A stretch of 64,000 bases of DNA from Chiloscyllium plagiosum (Eukaryota). The stretch covers positions 44,904,527 through 44,968,526 of the forward strand of contig NC_057727.1 in the NCBI RefSeq assembly GCF_004010195.1, given 5' to 3'. Both the position numbers and the translations under genes were made by a program. Below the pieces are notes generated by a model. It searched no databases and was not told the DNA's origin. It saw only the letters and a list, made by a program, of their open reading frames with translations. How positions within the stretch are numbered: the stretch's first letter is position 1; each line of letters starts with the position of its first letter. Positions 22,256 to 35,189 of this stretch are shown piece after piece.

Positions 22256-24606
22256 TTTTATCTTCCACCTGTGTCGTTAAAACCAATGTAAGCAGCCTGG
22301 ACCCTGGAAGAAAATTATGAGTTAGTTCTTGAAATAGATTTGGTGCTTGTTCTGGAATTGTAGGTTGGGCTGGGCTTTGGAGGACAGTGCTAATAAAGTG
22401 GGTGTTGGATTTTCTGACTGTCATGTAATGACAGTTACCTGAAATATGGCCCACCTGGCCCTTGTCCAATTTGTCTAATAATGGATTCAGAAAACTCTGT
22501 TGGGCTTAGTGTTGAAGGCATTGTTAGGGTAATCCCAGCAGTTACCAATTTCTTTTAGGGGATATCGACATATCTTTTATACAGGGCAATGCAACACATG
22601 AAATTTCATTGCCTGCAGCAATTCAGCAGTATGATTGCTTTCATTACCATCACATGATCATTTCACATGGAGATTCAACATTAATCTTTACATATAACTC
22701 ACCTGATGCACTTACAGAAACAAATTACACTCAATAATTTATGCTTCCACTAAACTGATCCCAGGTTAAGCATATTAGGCATTAAGCATACAAGGGCTCC
22801 TGTAGTCTCCCTACCTCTGAGTCCAGGTTCAAGTTCTACCTGTTCCAGAGATGTACAATAACATCCCTAAACAGGTTGATTAGAAAATACCTATAAGGGT
22901 TAGAGAAAAAGCTGTACTCAAACACATGTAACTTTTAATTCCTTCAATTTTCATTTTTGCTGAGAAATATATGATAAGAGATGTGTTATTTATCATTTTT
23001 AGAGTTTGGATTTCAAACTAGTGGCATTTCGGTGATGGTTATTTTAGTAATGATCAGAAAGTCCTTCCAGAACTGTGACCTATGTTCCAAAGAGCTGAGG
23101 ATTACAAGCCCCCTGAAGTGTTAATGAAAAATTGTTTATAAAAGGGATTACACATTGAAAGATATTAGTTTGCTTTTGGTTTAGAATGGTCAGATATTGA
23201 TTTTAGCTTAGAGAAACTGAGATACTGAAAGAACTTAGAACAGTTTCACACTGACTAGTCTCTGAAACAAATATAGATTCTCTCCTGCAAAGAAGTAGGG
23301 TAGTTAAGGAAGAATACAGTTATGCTAATGTAGCTGTTTTATTTGTGAACTTCCAGACCAGGAGGTTGGTTAGAAATCAGCAGATTTTTAAAATAATGAG
23401 AAAGTCTAGGTTTTTGGTTTTGTGTGTATTTATGTAAGGCAACAGGACAGAACTGGGAGAAGCAATTAAGTCAAATCTAAAGTTTTTTTTATCAAAGCAT
23501 ATTTTTTCAGGATCTAACTTGTTGTAAAGAGATGGTATAAGGGAATGGATGGAGAAATCTTCATCACTGTGTGTCTATTTTTCAGTGAATGACTACCATG
23601 TTAATGAAAAAAAAAGGATGTATCAAGCCAGATTTCATATTGGGATCTGAATTGTCCAGTAAACATTTCAGTTGTGATTGTAACAAATATAATAATTTAT
23701 AATATCAAGAGATTTAATAATATAACATGAAAGGACATGAATATAAAATAACAACAATGTCACAAAAGTTAATTATTGCATCCACCACCTTCAATATTTA
23801 TTGTCTGCATTAGATGTGCAAATTATTTGTGGTGTAAACAATCCATAAACATTGCATTTCAGAAACTCATTCTTTGACCTCACATCTCAATCTGGCCACC
23901 TCAACTATCTAGATGGATGGGACCATCAACAAGTGCCAGATTCCTTCCAAGTTAAACACCATCCTAATTAATGTTGAAATGTGTAACTTTTCCTTCATCG
24001 AATTCTGGAACCCCCTATTTAAAGGCATTGTGGGAAATGCTTCAATATTGCGGCTGATGAAGTAAAGATTACTGGCCGAGTTGATGTTGGTAATTGTCTT
24101 TTTCTAAGTCTCTTTTTAGAGTCTTGGCTTTGAAATACTTGTCCTGGTTCCTTGCAGTAATAGCCAACCAGCAGCACTCAGAGTGAGTGAGAGTCTGTTC
24201 CTTTATCATTTCCTGTCATGCTGGAATGCTTAGACAGCTGTTCCCAGAGCTATGACTCTCACAGCACATGTCTAGGGTGTCAGATCACTAACATACACAG
24301 ACCAGGATTGAAGCTTCCTTTTAGGCCTGTCTTTTGAACACCTCTGGAGGGGTAAAACAGAAACATGTCACCGGAGATGGTTCCCTGCTGAGACGGTTTG
24401 AGTACTCAATCTCTCTTATATCTCTTCCTTTCTAGGCTTTCAATTTGAAGCTTCCCTGAATCTGTATTTCTGAACCTCTCTCCAGGCAGCCATTGAATTT
24501 ATGTTGGCAGTTATCTTGGCTGTGTTATCTTAGTTTAAAAAATTGTTGTAATTAAAGTTAAATATTATATCCATAGGGTTATGCTCCTCAGTCATAACAA
24601 TATGGG

Positions 24607-24926
24607 TTAGAATCCCTACAGTGTGGAAACAGGTCCTTTGGCCCAACAAATCCACACCAACCCTCTGAAGAGTAACCCACAGACCCATTCCCTCTACCCT
24701 ATATTTACCCCTGACTAATACACTTAACTTACACATCCCTGAACACTATGGGTAATTTAGCACAGCCAATTCACCTAACCTGCACATCTTTGAACTGCAG
24801 GAGGAAAACGGAGCAAACGCATGCAGATATGGGGAGAACATGCAAACTCCATACAGCCTGAGGCTGGAATTGAACCTGGGTCCCTGGCACTGTGGGGCAG
24901 TGCTAACCACTGAGCCACCATGCCAC
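24607..24926 (-). mobile_element. HE1-type V-SINE
   Basis: Reverse-complement HE1 head, V-domain and tail. Confidence 0.85.
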
Positions 24927-26899
24927 TCAAGGTTACTTTGGATAATCATAAACATTGGTTGGAAATTTTAACCATTATCTTCATTCAGGTGCAATTACTA
25001 TAGCTCAGGCATACATGTGCACACATAGTTGCCTTTTAAATTCACTCATGGGTTATGGGCAATACTAACTGGGCCAGCATTTATTGCTCATCCCAAGTTG
25101 CTTTTGAGAATATGGGAGTGAGCTACCTTTTTGAACTAAGGTAGACCATGAAATGCCAACCCAGCACTCCCCCATTGCACATACAATTAAAATAAGGTTG
25201 AAATTACCATTTGAAACTACAAAACATTAATACCAAATTTATGTATTGCTTATCCTGAGAAAAATTTTCAAATTAATCCTTTATCTTAAAATGTCATTTA
25301 TTGAACAATTTCATAAAATAATAGCACAGAGACAGGCAGTCTACAGCAGTTTAGGAACTGTGCCTTTCACGTATCATGAATAAGAATTCTTCACAAATTG
25401 AATTAAGGAATGTTTAGTAACGTTGTTTAATTCATTCTAGCCTGCTTGCCAGTACTATTGTGTTGTCACTCATCTTTGGCATGTCATACCTGGCTATGTT
25501 ATAATTGCTGATTTGCACTCTGATAGCTGTCTTCATGTATGATGTCTGCTGCTCTAATTTTAAAAGGATGTGCCCTAAAGCAACTGGATCAAAGACCTTA
25601 TTTTTTAAAAAACATTTGAGATTCTTTACTCAGTTTGGTTCTGTTGACTCAAATGGTATTCAATAATTAAAACCTCAGTTTTCAATCCTCCATCAAACCT
25701 GCACATGCAGCAGACAATATCAAACAATAGTCTAACGCATGTGCTGGCATGCCAGGTAGAAATGCTGAGTGTTCAAAACAGATTGCACAAACCAATTTGA
25801 TTTGATGCATTTGATTTAGGGGAGTTTTCAAGATTAAAAGCTGAAAATGTTGCCTTCATGTCATCCCTGGATAAACAAGTTTCCATTATACTTATCAAAT
25901 TGAAACAATTGAGAATAAAGCCAGCGGCGGTGTAGAGAACAGGCAGCTGACGTCTCTGAAATAGAGCTAAGCTGAGGACTCATCAAAGACTACTGAACTT
26001 TTAATTTAATTATTAAATTTTTCTAGTTTAAATTAAGAAGGATATTAATGTGAACTATTACTTTACTTTATTTTTTGACTGTTTCTATGAAGGTAATATT
26101 TTTTGAGCTTGTTTCACTTACTAATTTGTACCTAAGTTTTTTGAAACTGGGTATCTTTTGTACTTAAGATACCGCCATGTGTGACAACACTATGCACTTT
26201 TCATGTACTTCTGTACATGAATACACGTGACAATAAATCTAAATCCAAATCTAAAATCTAACCTGATTCTTTATCATGGACTGCAAACTAGGTGTAGAAA
26301 TCAGAACTGTGGCCATCTCACTTAATCATAAATTTTGGCATGATAACATTAAGTTGTGAACTCAACATTATCATCCCTGTCTCCCATAATGTGGAAGTCA
26401 CATTATGATTTAAATAAAAATCTGATTACTGAGCTTTTAGGCTTGCTCACCTGGTAATTGACCCAAATAATATGACACTCATGCCAGAATGCCCGATAGG
26501 AAACTCAACTGGTGCAAGTCAGTTTTTTTTAAATCAACATATGTTGCAATGGTGGATCTAAAAACTGCCAGTCGGACTATCGCTGACTTGAGTGGCCCAG
26601 GGCTGGTTGACTTTGCTATTGCTGATCATTGTCCATTTCGATCTACATTAGGAATTTCTTCGGGAAGTAGGGAAGTGGGGTATCGAATAGATAGTGCTGC
26701 AAACAGCACTGAGCTCTATGGCATTCCTGCTGTCCATTAATGTCCCCAACAAGAACTGTACATTCCAATAGGGACACAAGGTGGTGGAGGGACTTTGCTG
26801 GCCAAGGACATGTACAGCCTATGGTACAGGAACCCCAGTCACCTGTCTCTAAGCAAGGTTTTGTGGAGGGGAAACAATAGCAGCAGGGAGAGTGGGGAG

Positions 26900-27700
26900 A
26901 AGGCACAGTGATATTAATTAAGTATTCTGGCCGAGGCTGAGATACCTTCAAATGTCAGAGCTCCTGTGCCTGAGGGGACAGGACCATTACTCTGTGACAG
27001 GCTGACTGTGGAGATATTATCAAATTGTGTCAGTCGACACCCGATGCTACATTTTTTCACCACAAAGTCTTCCAGGCATCCTGGAGACGATTGTAAAGTC
27101 ACTCAGACATCTGTGCACCAAGCTGTTCATGGGTGCAGTGTTCCATTGTGCCCTTGAGATCGTTTTGTTTAGCAATGAAAACAGAAGAAGGAGCCTGAGG
27201 CATCAGTAACATTGCTGAATATGTACGATCCAAGGCTTAATAGATGGCATACATATGGCCATTAAAGCATCCATCAACAGGAAGGGATATTTCTCCATTC
27301 AAATTCAGCTTGTATATGGCCAGAAGCATGGGATAATGCAGGTATGTACACACAGTTCAGACAATAGCCACAATGCCAACGCCCAGGGGTCAGGGATGTT
27401 AATTGGGTTGGCTTCTGGAGAATAAAAAATACCTTTTTAAGGAGGTGACCACCACAGATGGAGCCTGAGAGTCAGTATAGTGAAAGCCTGTCATTACACA
27501 GGGCACCTATTTGGCTAGTGTGTCCGCTATGGTCATTGTCCACAGTAGGTTACCAACCTGACCTTGAAGAGAGGGGAAGCCCTGGCAAAGGGGACAGCAC
27601 TGTCCTATGATGAAGGAAAGGGTAAGTCATGCCAACCAGATTACATGCTAGTCCTCAGGAGGCTCTGGATACCTGGGCAAGATAGATTCTCTTCCCTTCT
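26900..27700 (+). mobile_element. Harbinger transposase pseudogene (element probably spans about 26450-31130)
   Basis: From 27231: QGLIDGIHMAIKASINRKGYFSIQIQLVYGQKHGIMQVCTHSSDNSHNA, matching the DDE_Tnp_4 GAIDCTH...NRKGFHSINVQLVCD...PGSxHDA motif. Upstream HFFTTKSSRHPGDDCKVTQTSVHQAV is the degenerate HTH. Confidence 0.8.
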
Positions 27701-29249
27701 CATGAGAAGATTCCAATGGTGAAGTCTCAGCAGCTCAATAACACCATCATGACCCTTCTCACCTTCACCTCTCATCTTCTTCCTGTGCACCTGCTAATGT
27801 TAATGTGGAATCGCTGAATAGTCTTGTGCATAGGGACCCACACGGACACAAACTCTCACAATAGCAGCAAATACGTCTGATTAAAAATTCACCACGGCAG
27901 AAACACACAATGCATGAATGCAGCCAGATTACCATTAATTTAATTATAAAATGAATTAACATTCTGCATTCGTCTCAAATATATAAAGTGTCCATGTGAA
28001 CCCATGTGTGACTAATGTGTATTTACTTCTCTTGGAGATTCTGTGGTCTGCTGACGGTGTTGGAGATGGGCTGCTAATTCAAATGTCCACTTTCTTGGAA
28101 TGACTTTGACAGCTGTCTGCTGGTCGCCTGAAGCTATGAGGACTCTGGCAATGCTGGGAGAATCCTACATAATGGCATGAGGCCATTTATTGTTGCAGCA
28201 CTTTGGGGTATTTATGCCATTGGTGCAGAGGCAAGTTGAGGCTTTCCCCATCACAAATGGCCTCAGAGCACCCTCTGATGATACTAGCAACTGCTTAATC
28301 TCTCTATGAGGATAATTTCCCTCCCTACTTTTCTGGGACAATGCAAAAACCGAATGTGACTCCATGCTCTTCATCCTACTACACCCCCCGCCCCCCCCTG
28401 ACAACTCCCCACCCCCCTCACCTGGTTCTGGGCCCTGAAACCCAGTCATAAGGCAATAGAGTTCAGGTCAGAACTTATATTCAGTATCCTTTCAGTGAGC
28501 TGCTGGGTCCAGTCCATCATAATAGTCACTGGTCTGCCATTGAGGAAGATTCTGAATTCTGAGAGTGGATGGAGTCCTCCATCATCCATACCATCCCACA
28601 ACCTCACTGGTACCTATGCCACATCTCCATGAATGTCTTGCTGTATGTTCATCCACTGCCTGGTGGATGACTCCAGAGTTTGTCATATGCCTGAAGCTAA
28701 GCACCTAGGTCACCTCCAGTACTCTTTTGAATGTGACAGAGACTTGCACAATTTCAATCTCTGACAGCCATTCTTCTGACTATGATCTGCTCTCACTGGT
28801 GTGTGGAGTTCTCATGCATACCCACCAAGGTGCCAGAGAATACCCACCTTCAGTAGTGCCCATGGAGCATTTTGTACCTCTTCTGATGAAAATAATGGTG
28901 ATGCTGTGCTGCAATCATTGCCTTCAATTGTGTGACCAACTTCTGTTTTGTCAGCGGCCAGCATTTCTCAAGGCTCCTTGCAAATGGACAAATGTTGTCA
29001 CTGAACTGCAGCCCATCCCCAAACCACTCCAGCAATGCAGAATGACATGTTTGCATCAAGTCACCATTTATAGTTGGTCAATACACCATCCAATATTGGA
29101 AACACTTCACACCCTCACACCCATCCATACAGGTTCAACTCCAAGATGTTGCATACTCACCCTGGAAGATCTCAAGACAGAGTCGTTTCTGACACTGCAG
29201 CCCTCCTGGCAAACCCATGGCTTTTTAACTCTACTGGAACTTCTACCCA

Positions 29250-29460
29250 GGGAGAAAGTGAGGACTGCAGATGCTGGAGATCAGAGTCGAAGAATATGGT
29301 ACTGGAAAAACACAACCGGTCAGGCAGCATCCGAGGAAGAAGAGAATCAACTTTTTGAGAATAAGCTCTTCAGGAATGAAGCTGATGAAGAGCTTATGCT
29401 CGAAACGTTGACTCTCAGATGCTGCCTGACTGGCTGTGCTTTTCCAGCACCACATTCTCA
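29250..29460. mobile_element. PLE family A mini fold-back element (two inverted pLTR pieces)
   Basis: ggagaaagtgaggactgcagatgctggagatcagag... followed by an inverted copy. Flanking repeat actggaacttctacccagg (29233-29251) / actggaacctctacctagg (29461-29479). Confidence 0.85.
29381..29411 (+). ncRNA. Minimal hammerhead ribozyme motif (variant helix II)
   Basis: CTGATGA (29382-29388) A GAGC-TTAT-GCTC GAAACGTT. The helix I 5' strand is disrupted by the inversion junction. Confidence 0.55.
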
Positions 29461-30253
29461 ACTGGAACCTCTACCTAGGCTAATTTGGCTGTAGTTTTCC
29501 TCTGCCCATCTGCTGACATGAGGACCTGTACTTACCATTCCTAGTCTACAGGATGACAGACAGGGAACCTTGGCCTGGTCCTTCAATAGCTGGTGACTCC
29601 ACTCCTTCCACTATCTGTGGGAAGATAAAGAGAGAAAATGATTGCACTTTGAGTTTTTTTGCTGTTTGTTTGTTATTCACAAGGTGAATGGATTAAATGT
29701 ATTCAAATCACCTTTCCTCCCTGGCATGGATCCTGAATGCTTCACTATTAGCACATTTAAAACCATGAACTTCCCTGCTGCAGATAATAGATACATTTAA
29801 TCATCTTCTTGAGGAAATGTTTCAGGCTCCAAGCAATGAGTTTTGTTGCCACAGTTCTGCTTAACCAGATATCAGAGATTGATGCTTGGTACATGCCCTG
29901 CAGCTTCTGCACCCAGGTATTCTGCCTTTCCTCACCGCTCAGTTGTACTCAGTTGGCACAGTCACTCAGTAGTTAGCACTGCTGCCTTGCAGCACCAGGA
30001 ACATGGAATCGATGCCATCCTTGGATGACTGTCCATGTGGAATTTGCACATTCTCCCTGTGCCTGCATGGGGTTCCTCCGGGTGCTTCAGTATTCTCTCT
30101 CAGTCCAAAGATGTGCAGGTTAGGTAGATTGTCAATAGTGTCCAGGGATACGCAGGTTAGGCGGATTAGCCAAGGAAAATGCAGAGTTGCAGGATAGGAT
30201 AAGGGTTGGGTCTGTGTGGAATGCTCTTTGGAAGTTTAGTGTGGATTCAATGG

Positions 30254-30960
30254 CTGAAAATGTGTTGCTGGAAAAGCGCAGCAGGTCAGGCAGCATCCAA
30301 GGAACAGGAGANNNNNNNNNNNNNNNNNNNNNNNNNNNNNNNNNNNNNNNNNNNNNNNNNNNNNNNNNNNNNNNNNNNNNNNNNNNNNNNNNNNNNNNNN
30401 NNNNNNNNNNNNNNNNNNNNNNNNNNNNNGGCGGAAGATGAGGTGCTCTTCCTCCAACCGTCGTGTTGCAATGGTCTGGCGATGGAGGAGTCCAAGGACC
30501 TGCATGTCCTTGGTGGAGTGGGAGGGGGAGTTGAAGTGTTGAGCCATGCGTTGGTTGGGTTGGTTGGTCCGGGTGTCCCAGAGGTGTTCTCTGAAACGTT
30601 CCGCAAGTAGGGGGCCTGTCTCCCCAATATAGAGGAGGCCACATCGGGTGCAGCGGATGCAATAGATGATGTGTGTGGAGGTGCAGGTGAATTTGTGGCG
30701 GATATGGAAGTATCCTTTGCCTTGTAGGAAAGTAAGGGGGGAGGTGTGGGCGCAAGTTTTGCATTTCTTGCGGTTGCAAGGGAAGGTGCCGGGAGTGGAG
30801 GTTGGGTTGGTGGGGGGTGTGGACCTGACGAGGGAGTCACAAGGGAGTGGTCTTTTCGGAATGTTCCGAAAAGACCACTCCCTTGTGACTCCCTCATCAC
30901 ATTTTCAGCTCAACACATTTTCAGCTCTGATCTCCAGCATCTGCAGTCCTCACTTTCTCC
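30254..30960. mobile_element. PLE family A fold-back insertion, right arm largely missing
   Basis: GIY-YIG on the minus strand and a central 32-bp perfect palindrome. Exact 13-bp TSD gtggattcaatgg at 30241-30253 and 30962-30974. Confidence 0.9.
30312..30429. other. Assembly gap (118 N)
   Basis: Run of N inside the PLE. Confidence 0.99.
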
Positions 30961-31701
30961 GGTGGATTCAATGGGCCAAATGGCCTGATTCCACACTGTA
31001 AGGATTCTATGATTCCTTTACTTGCTGATGTCAGCTGACTCCTTACCAGGTGGCCATTAACTGATATTGTCACAGGCTTTCAAAGACAGTGGGCAGAATA
31101 GGTGATCCTTGTGTGTGCAGGTCAGACTCCTGCCCATATTAAGCAATGTAATATTCAGTTCTATAAGTCTGAGCCAACAGTATATTTTAATACAAGCCAA
31201 AGAAAATAATTCACTGTTTTCCAATTTATATTACGCTTACATTTCGCTTATGGTCATCTAGCATTCCATCTATCTTAAATTGGATATCTTAGACATGAGT
31301 TTCATTAAAAACTGATTATCACTTGTCTGGTAACTATTACTTTTGTAGGTAGCTATTTTCAATGTTAAAGATGTCATTCCGCTTGACACACAATGACTGA
31401 TATTTTATGTAAGACCATATTGTCCTGAGATTGTGCAGTCTTTAATTTCTCTCTACAAGGATTTTCTAATAGCCAAGTTTAAATAAAATCAAAGATTCAA
31501 CAAATTAAATATTTCATAGTAGTATGATAAAATGTATCAATCTTTAAAATCTTTAATGCCTTCATTAGAGATTTTGCTTGAAGCACTCAGACTCATGTAA
31601 ATGCCTGGGCTTGGATTTGATGGCAGGAATTTCTTTCTCCTGCCATGTGTCCTGACCCTACCACAATTTTGCAGGATTGAGATTTATTAGCTATTCAGAG
31701 T

Positions 31702-32040
31702 GGGACGATGCCACATTGGCTAGCACTGCTGACTCACAGCGCCAGGGACCTAAGTTCAATTCCAGCCTTGAGTTTGCACATTCTCCCCGTGTCTTCGTGG
31801 GTTTCTGTCGGGTGCTCCAGTTTCCTCCCTTAGTCCAAAGATATGCTGGTTAGGTGGATTGACCATGCTAAATTGTCCATAGTGTCCAAGGGTGTGCAGG
31901 TTTTGTGGATAAGACATGGGGAATGCAGGATTACAGGGTTAGCATCAAGGTGTGAGTCTGGGTGGGATCCTCTTTGCAGGGTCAGTGCAGACTCAACGGG
32001 CCGAATGGCCTGTATGTGCACTGTAGGGATTCTATGATTC
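31702..32040 (+). mobile_element. HE1-type V-SINE (older)
   Basis: tagcactgctgactcacagcgccagggacctaagttcaattcc...gggccgaatggcctg...gattctatgattc. Confidence 0.85.
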
Positions 32041-33477
32041 ACGTGGACACACAGCAGGATTCCTACCTCAAAGTCCTCCTTTGGATCTGAGAGAATGTTG
32101 ATAGCTGTAGCAAACTTGCATTAAATAAGCAAAACAGTCAAAGAGTATGGAACAGTTATCCTAATAAAGGTATTACAATCACGTGAGGAGGTTCTCTTCA
32201 TTTTAACGCCCTAACTTGGTCACAGCAAACGTTTTCTTGAAGTTTCTTTTAGTACACAGCTGTATCACTCTTCAAATAAAAGAGCTAATCAAAATTAAGA
32301 ATCAAATTACAGGATGTTCCTGAGTTGAAAGGAAGACAAACATGTGAACACATAAAAAGCAGAAAATCTCCAAAACAATATAATAATCAAGATTCTGCTT
32401 AGAATCCTTGAGTTGTTACAGTTGAACTTGAAATCACAGTCATTTAGTTCTGTCTCTTCTGAAATGTTGAGGTGTTTTGTGAAACATGCACAGGGAAAGT
32501 ATAATTTTCCTTGCTGCTAAACTTTTGCCCAGTGGCGGCACTTTTCCACCACTGTTACAGCACAATCGAAAGTCATTCAGCCTTCTCACTTGCCTGAACA
32601 GCGTTGTTGCACCGATACACTCAACTGCATAATCAACCAATTTTCTTAGCTAGAATAGAGCTGAGGAATCATTTAGGTGATAGTTATTAGGTACCATTCA
32701 TTGTGGACAAAATGTGAGATAATGAATAAGGAAATGCCTGGGCTCCTCTGTCCTACTTCAATAGTAATACCATCCTACTTGCTATCCACAGATGTACCTA
32801 CCAAGGAGGCTAAAATGCACCATTCAGTAAAGCAAATGACTTCAAATAAACAACCTCAACATTAACAGGCAAAGTGAAGAGGCAGCATAATTTTCCAGCA
32901 TTTTTCCTTCGTTTCAACTGTCATCAGCAAAACGCAAGTTACCATTTGTGCTGCTATGCACACAAAAGTAGGCCAAAGAATATTTGTTTATACTGTGTAT
33001 GCATGACATTTTGTTATTAGCACAGAATCATGTACGTAAATAGTTACTTTTCCAAAATATCCACAGCCTCCTTGTTTTGATACAGTAATCACCGTCACCT
33101 TCATTTGAAGGACAATAATGAACGAACCAAAGACTGTTGGAAGACCAAGTCTACTCTAAGCAACAAAACATGAGTGGAAGAAGAACTGACAAGCAGAAGC
33201 CTTGCAGCATAAATCTACCTTGAGGGTTACTTATTGTCTGCTGTGAGTTTTCTCTGAAAAGAGTCAACATTCTCCAAATTGATCATTAGAATTGCAAAAC
33301 CAGCTGGGGAAAGAAGTTTAAAATTCCAAAAAATACATGTCAGTGGATCAAAAATGTACCAATGATTAATTTTATATGCCTTTTAAATTTTATCACTGCA
33401 AATTGATGAAGGAAAATGTAAGGTGGAAGCAAACATTGGGGAGCAGAAAGGAATGGCAATCACTTAAAAAAATATAT

Positions 33478-33750
33478 GATGGCATGGTGGCTCATTGGTT
33501 AGCACTGCTACTTCGCAGTGCCAGGGACCTGGGTTTGATTCACACTTGGGCGACTGTGTGGAGTTTATACATTCTCCCTGTGTCTGCATGGGACCCCTTC
33601 AAGTACTCCAGTTTCCTCCCACAGTCCAAAGATGTACAGACTAGGTGGATTAGCCATAGGAAATGCAAGTTAATGAGATAGGATACAGGTTAGATCCGGG
33701 TGAGATGTTCTTCAGAGGTTCGGCATGAACATGATGGGCCGAATGATCTA
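33478..33750 (+). mobile_element. HE1-type V-SINE (older)
   Basis: ggcatggtggctcattggttagcactgc...gtgtggagtttatacattctccc. Confidence 0.8.
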
Positions 33751-34757
33751 CAATCTCTGGTATAATTTCTTGGAAGACAAACATCTGCAGTAAATGTGAC
33801 CAGGTCGTGTACTTTCATGTTCCCTGCTTCAAGTTGTTTTATTCCCAATTATATTGGGTGCCTACCACACTAAACAAATCTTCGCTTCAATGTTCAAATC
33901 AAAATGAAACATTTGTCTCTTATATAATGTTTGAATGTTGTCAGCTTGTATTCACATAAGACTGACCCTTGTTGATGCTATGTTCCAATGGGAGGCACTT
34001 AAGTTTTCTTACTAAGAACCATCTCATATACTTAGTTCATATATTGAATGACGTCAAGGTTTCAGAGACAAACTGCCATTTCGGATTCTTGCTGTGGATT
34101 AGAGCTGTCCATTTCCATGTGCCTTCTTTCATTCTCTGTGACCCGTTGTTTGTTAGAGGCAATGGGAAAATCCCTACAAATCATATGCTTTTTTCCTTAA
34201 TGCCTGGATCCATTGCTGGAAGTCACAACCTACCACCTCACATTATGCGGGCCTTCTAAATATTAAACAAAAGATTACATTTCAAGTTTGACACAATCAG
34301 TTGCAAAATAAAACACACAGGAAAAAAGAAGACTCCTTATGATAAACATCTCCATCCTGATATGACAAAAATGTACTGATGTGACTGGGCAATAATTATA
34401 TAACAAATCCTGCTTTGACACTAAACATGATCCAAATGCTTCGATTTACTCCCAGACTCCATTCAACAAATGCATCACTCAGTCTTTCAGGTTTATGTGT
34501 CTCCAAATGATGAACTGTAGTCCAATATATGCAGGTTAACAGTACATCTGCAGTTCTTTCCCTTGAACTTAAAAAGCCACATGATCCATTTAGACACTAC
34601 AATTTCAAAAATTATATAAACTTTTCTTTGCTTCTGCAAAGTGTTGACCAGTACATAAATAATTTTATGATTTGGAGATGCCGGTTTTGGACTGGGGTGT
34701 ACAAAGTTAAAAATCACACAACACCAGGTTATAGTCCAACAGGTTTAATTGGAAGCA

Positions 34758-34792
34758 CACTAACTTTCGGAGCGACGCTCCTTCATCAGGTG
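34758..34792 (-). ncRNA. Minimal hammerhead ribozyme motif, family B
   Basis: CAC CTGATGA A GGAGC-GTC-GCTCC GAAAGTTA GTG. Helix I is CAC/GTG and helix II is 5 bp. Confidence 0.75.
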
Positions 34793-34988
34793 ATTATGGA
34801 GGGCTCGATCGTAACACAGAATTTATAGCAAAGATTTGCAGTGTGATGTAACTGAAATTATACTTTGAAGAATTGATTGTCTGTTAAGCCTTTCATCTGT
34901 TAGAATACAGTGATAGTTTCACTTCTTTCATGTGTAAATCACAAAACCCTTTTTTTAAAAGTTGCATTACGATCGAGCCCTCCACAAT

Positions 34989-35023
34989 CACCTGATGAAG
35001 GAGCGTCACTCCGAAAGATAGTG
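34989..35023 (+). ncRNA. Minimal hammerhead ribozyme motif, family B
   Basis: CAC CTGATGA A GGAGC-GTC-ACTCC GAAAGATA GTG, two substitutions relative to the inferred consensus. Confidence 0.65.
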
Positions 35024-35189
35024 TGCTTCCAATTAAACCTGTTGGACTATAACCTGGTGTTGTGTGATTTTTAAATAAATAATTTTAGGTCATGATTCCA
35101 CAGTATCAAACATCTTTCTGACATGAGGTGGCAAGCACATGCAAAGACTACCTCAGCCATATTCTAAGAATCATGGCTCCATTATTAGT

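Larger units (their letters stand above)
29952..31014 (+). mobile_element. HE1-type SINE (older) split by a PLE insertion at 30254-30960
   Basis: Head and V-domain at 29952-30240. The tail resumes at 30962 (gtggattcaatgggccaaatggcctg...gattctatgattc). Confidence 0.8.
34668..35074. mobile_element. PLE family B mini fold-back element (pLTR only)
   Basis: 108-bp inverted arms at 34707-34814 and 34967-35074. Exact 13-bp TSD ataaataatttta at 34655-34667 and 35075-35087. Confidence 0.9.

Noticed and set aside
22980-23685. Possible solo LTR ending in ...gattgtaaca
   Set aside because: I could not identify a matching 5' end or TSD.
28727-29494. Longest ORF (255 aa) as a host gene
   Set aside because: No recognisable domain. 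It runs through decayed Harbinger-region DNA and straight across a PLE mini-element, so it is a chance ORF.
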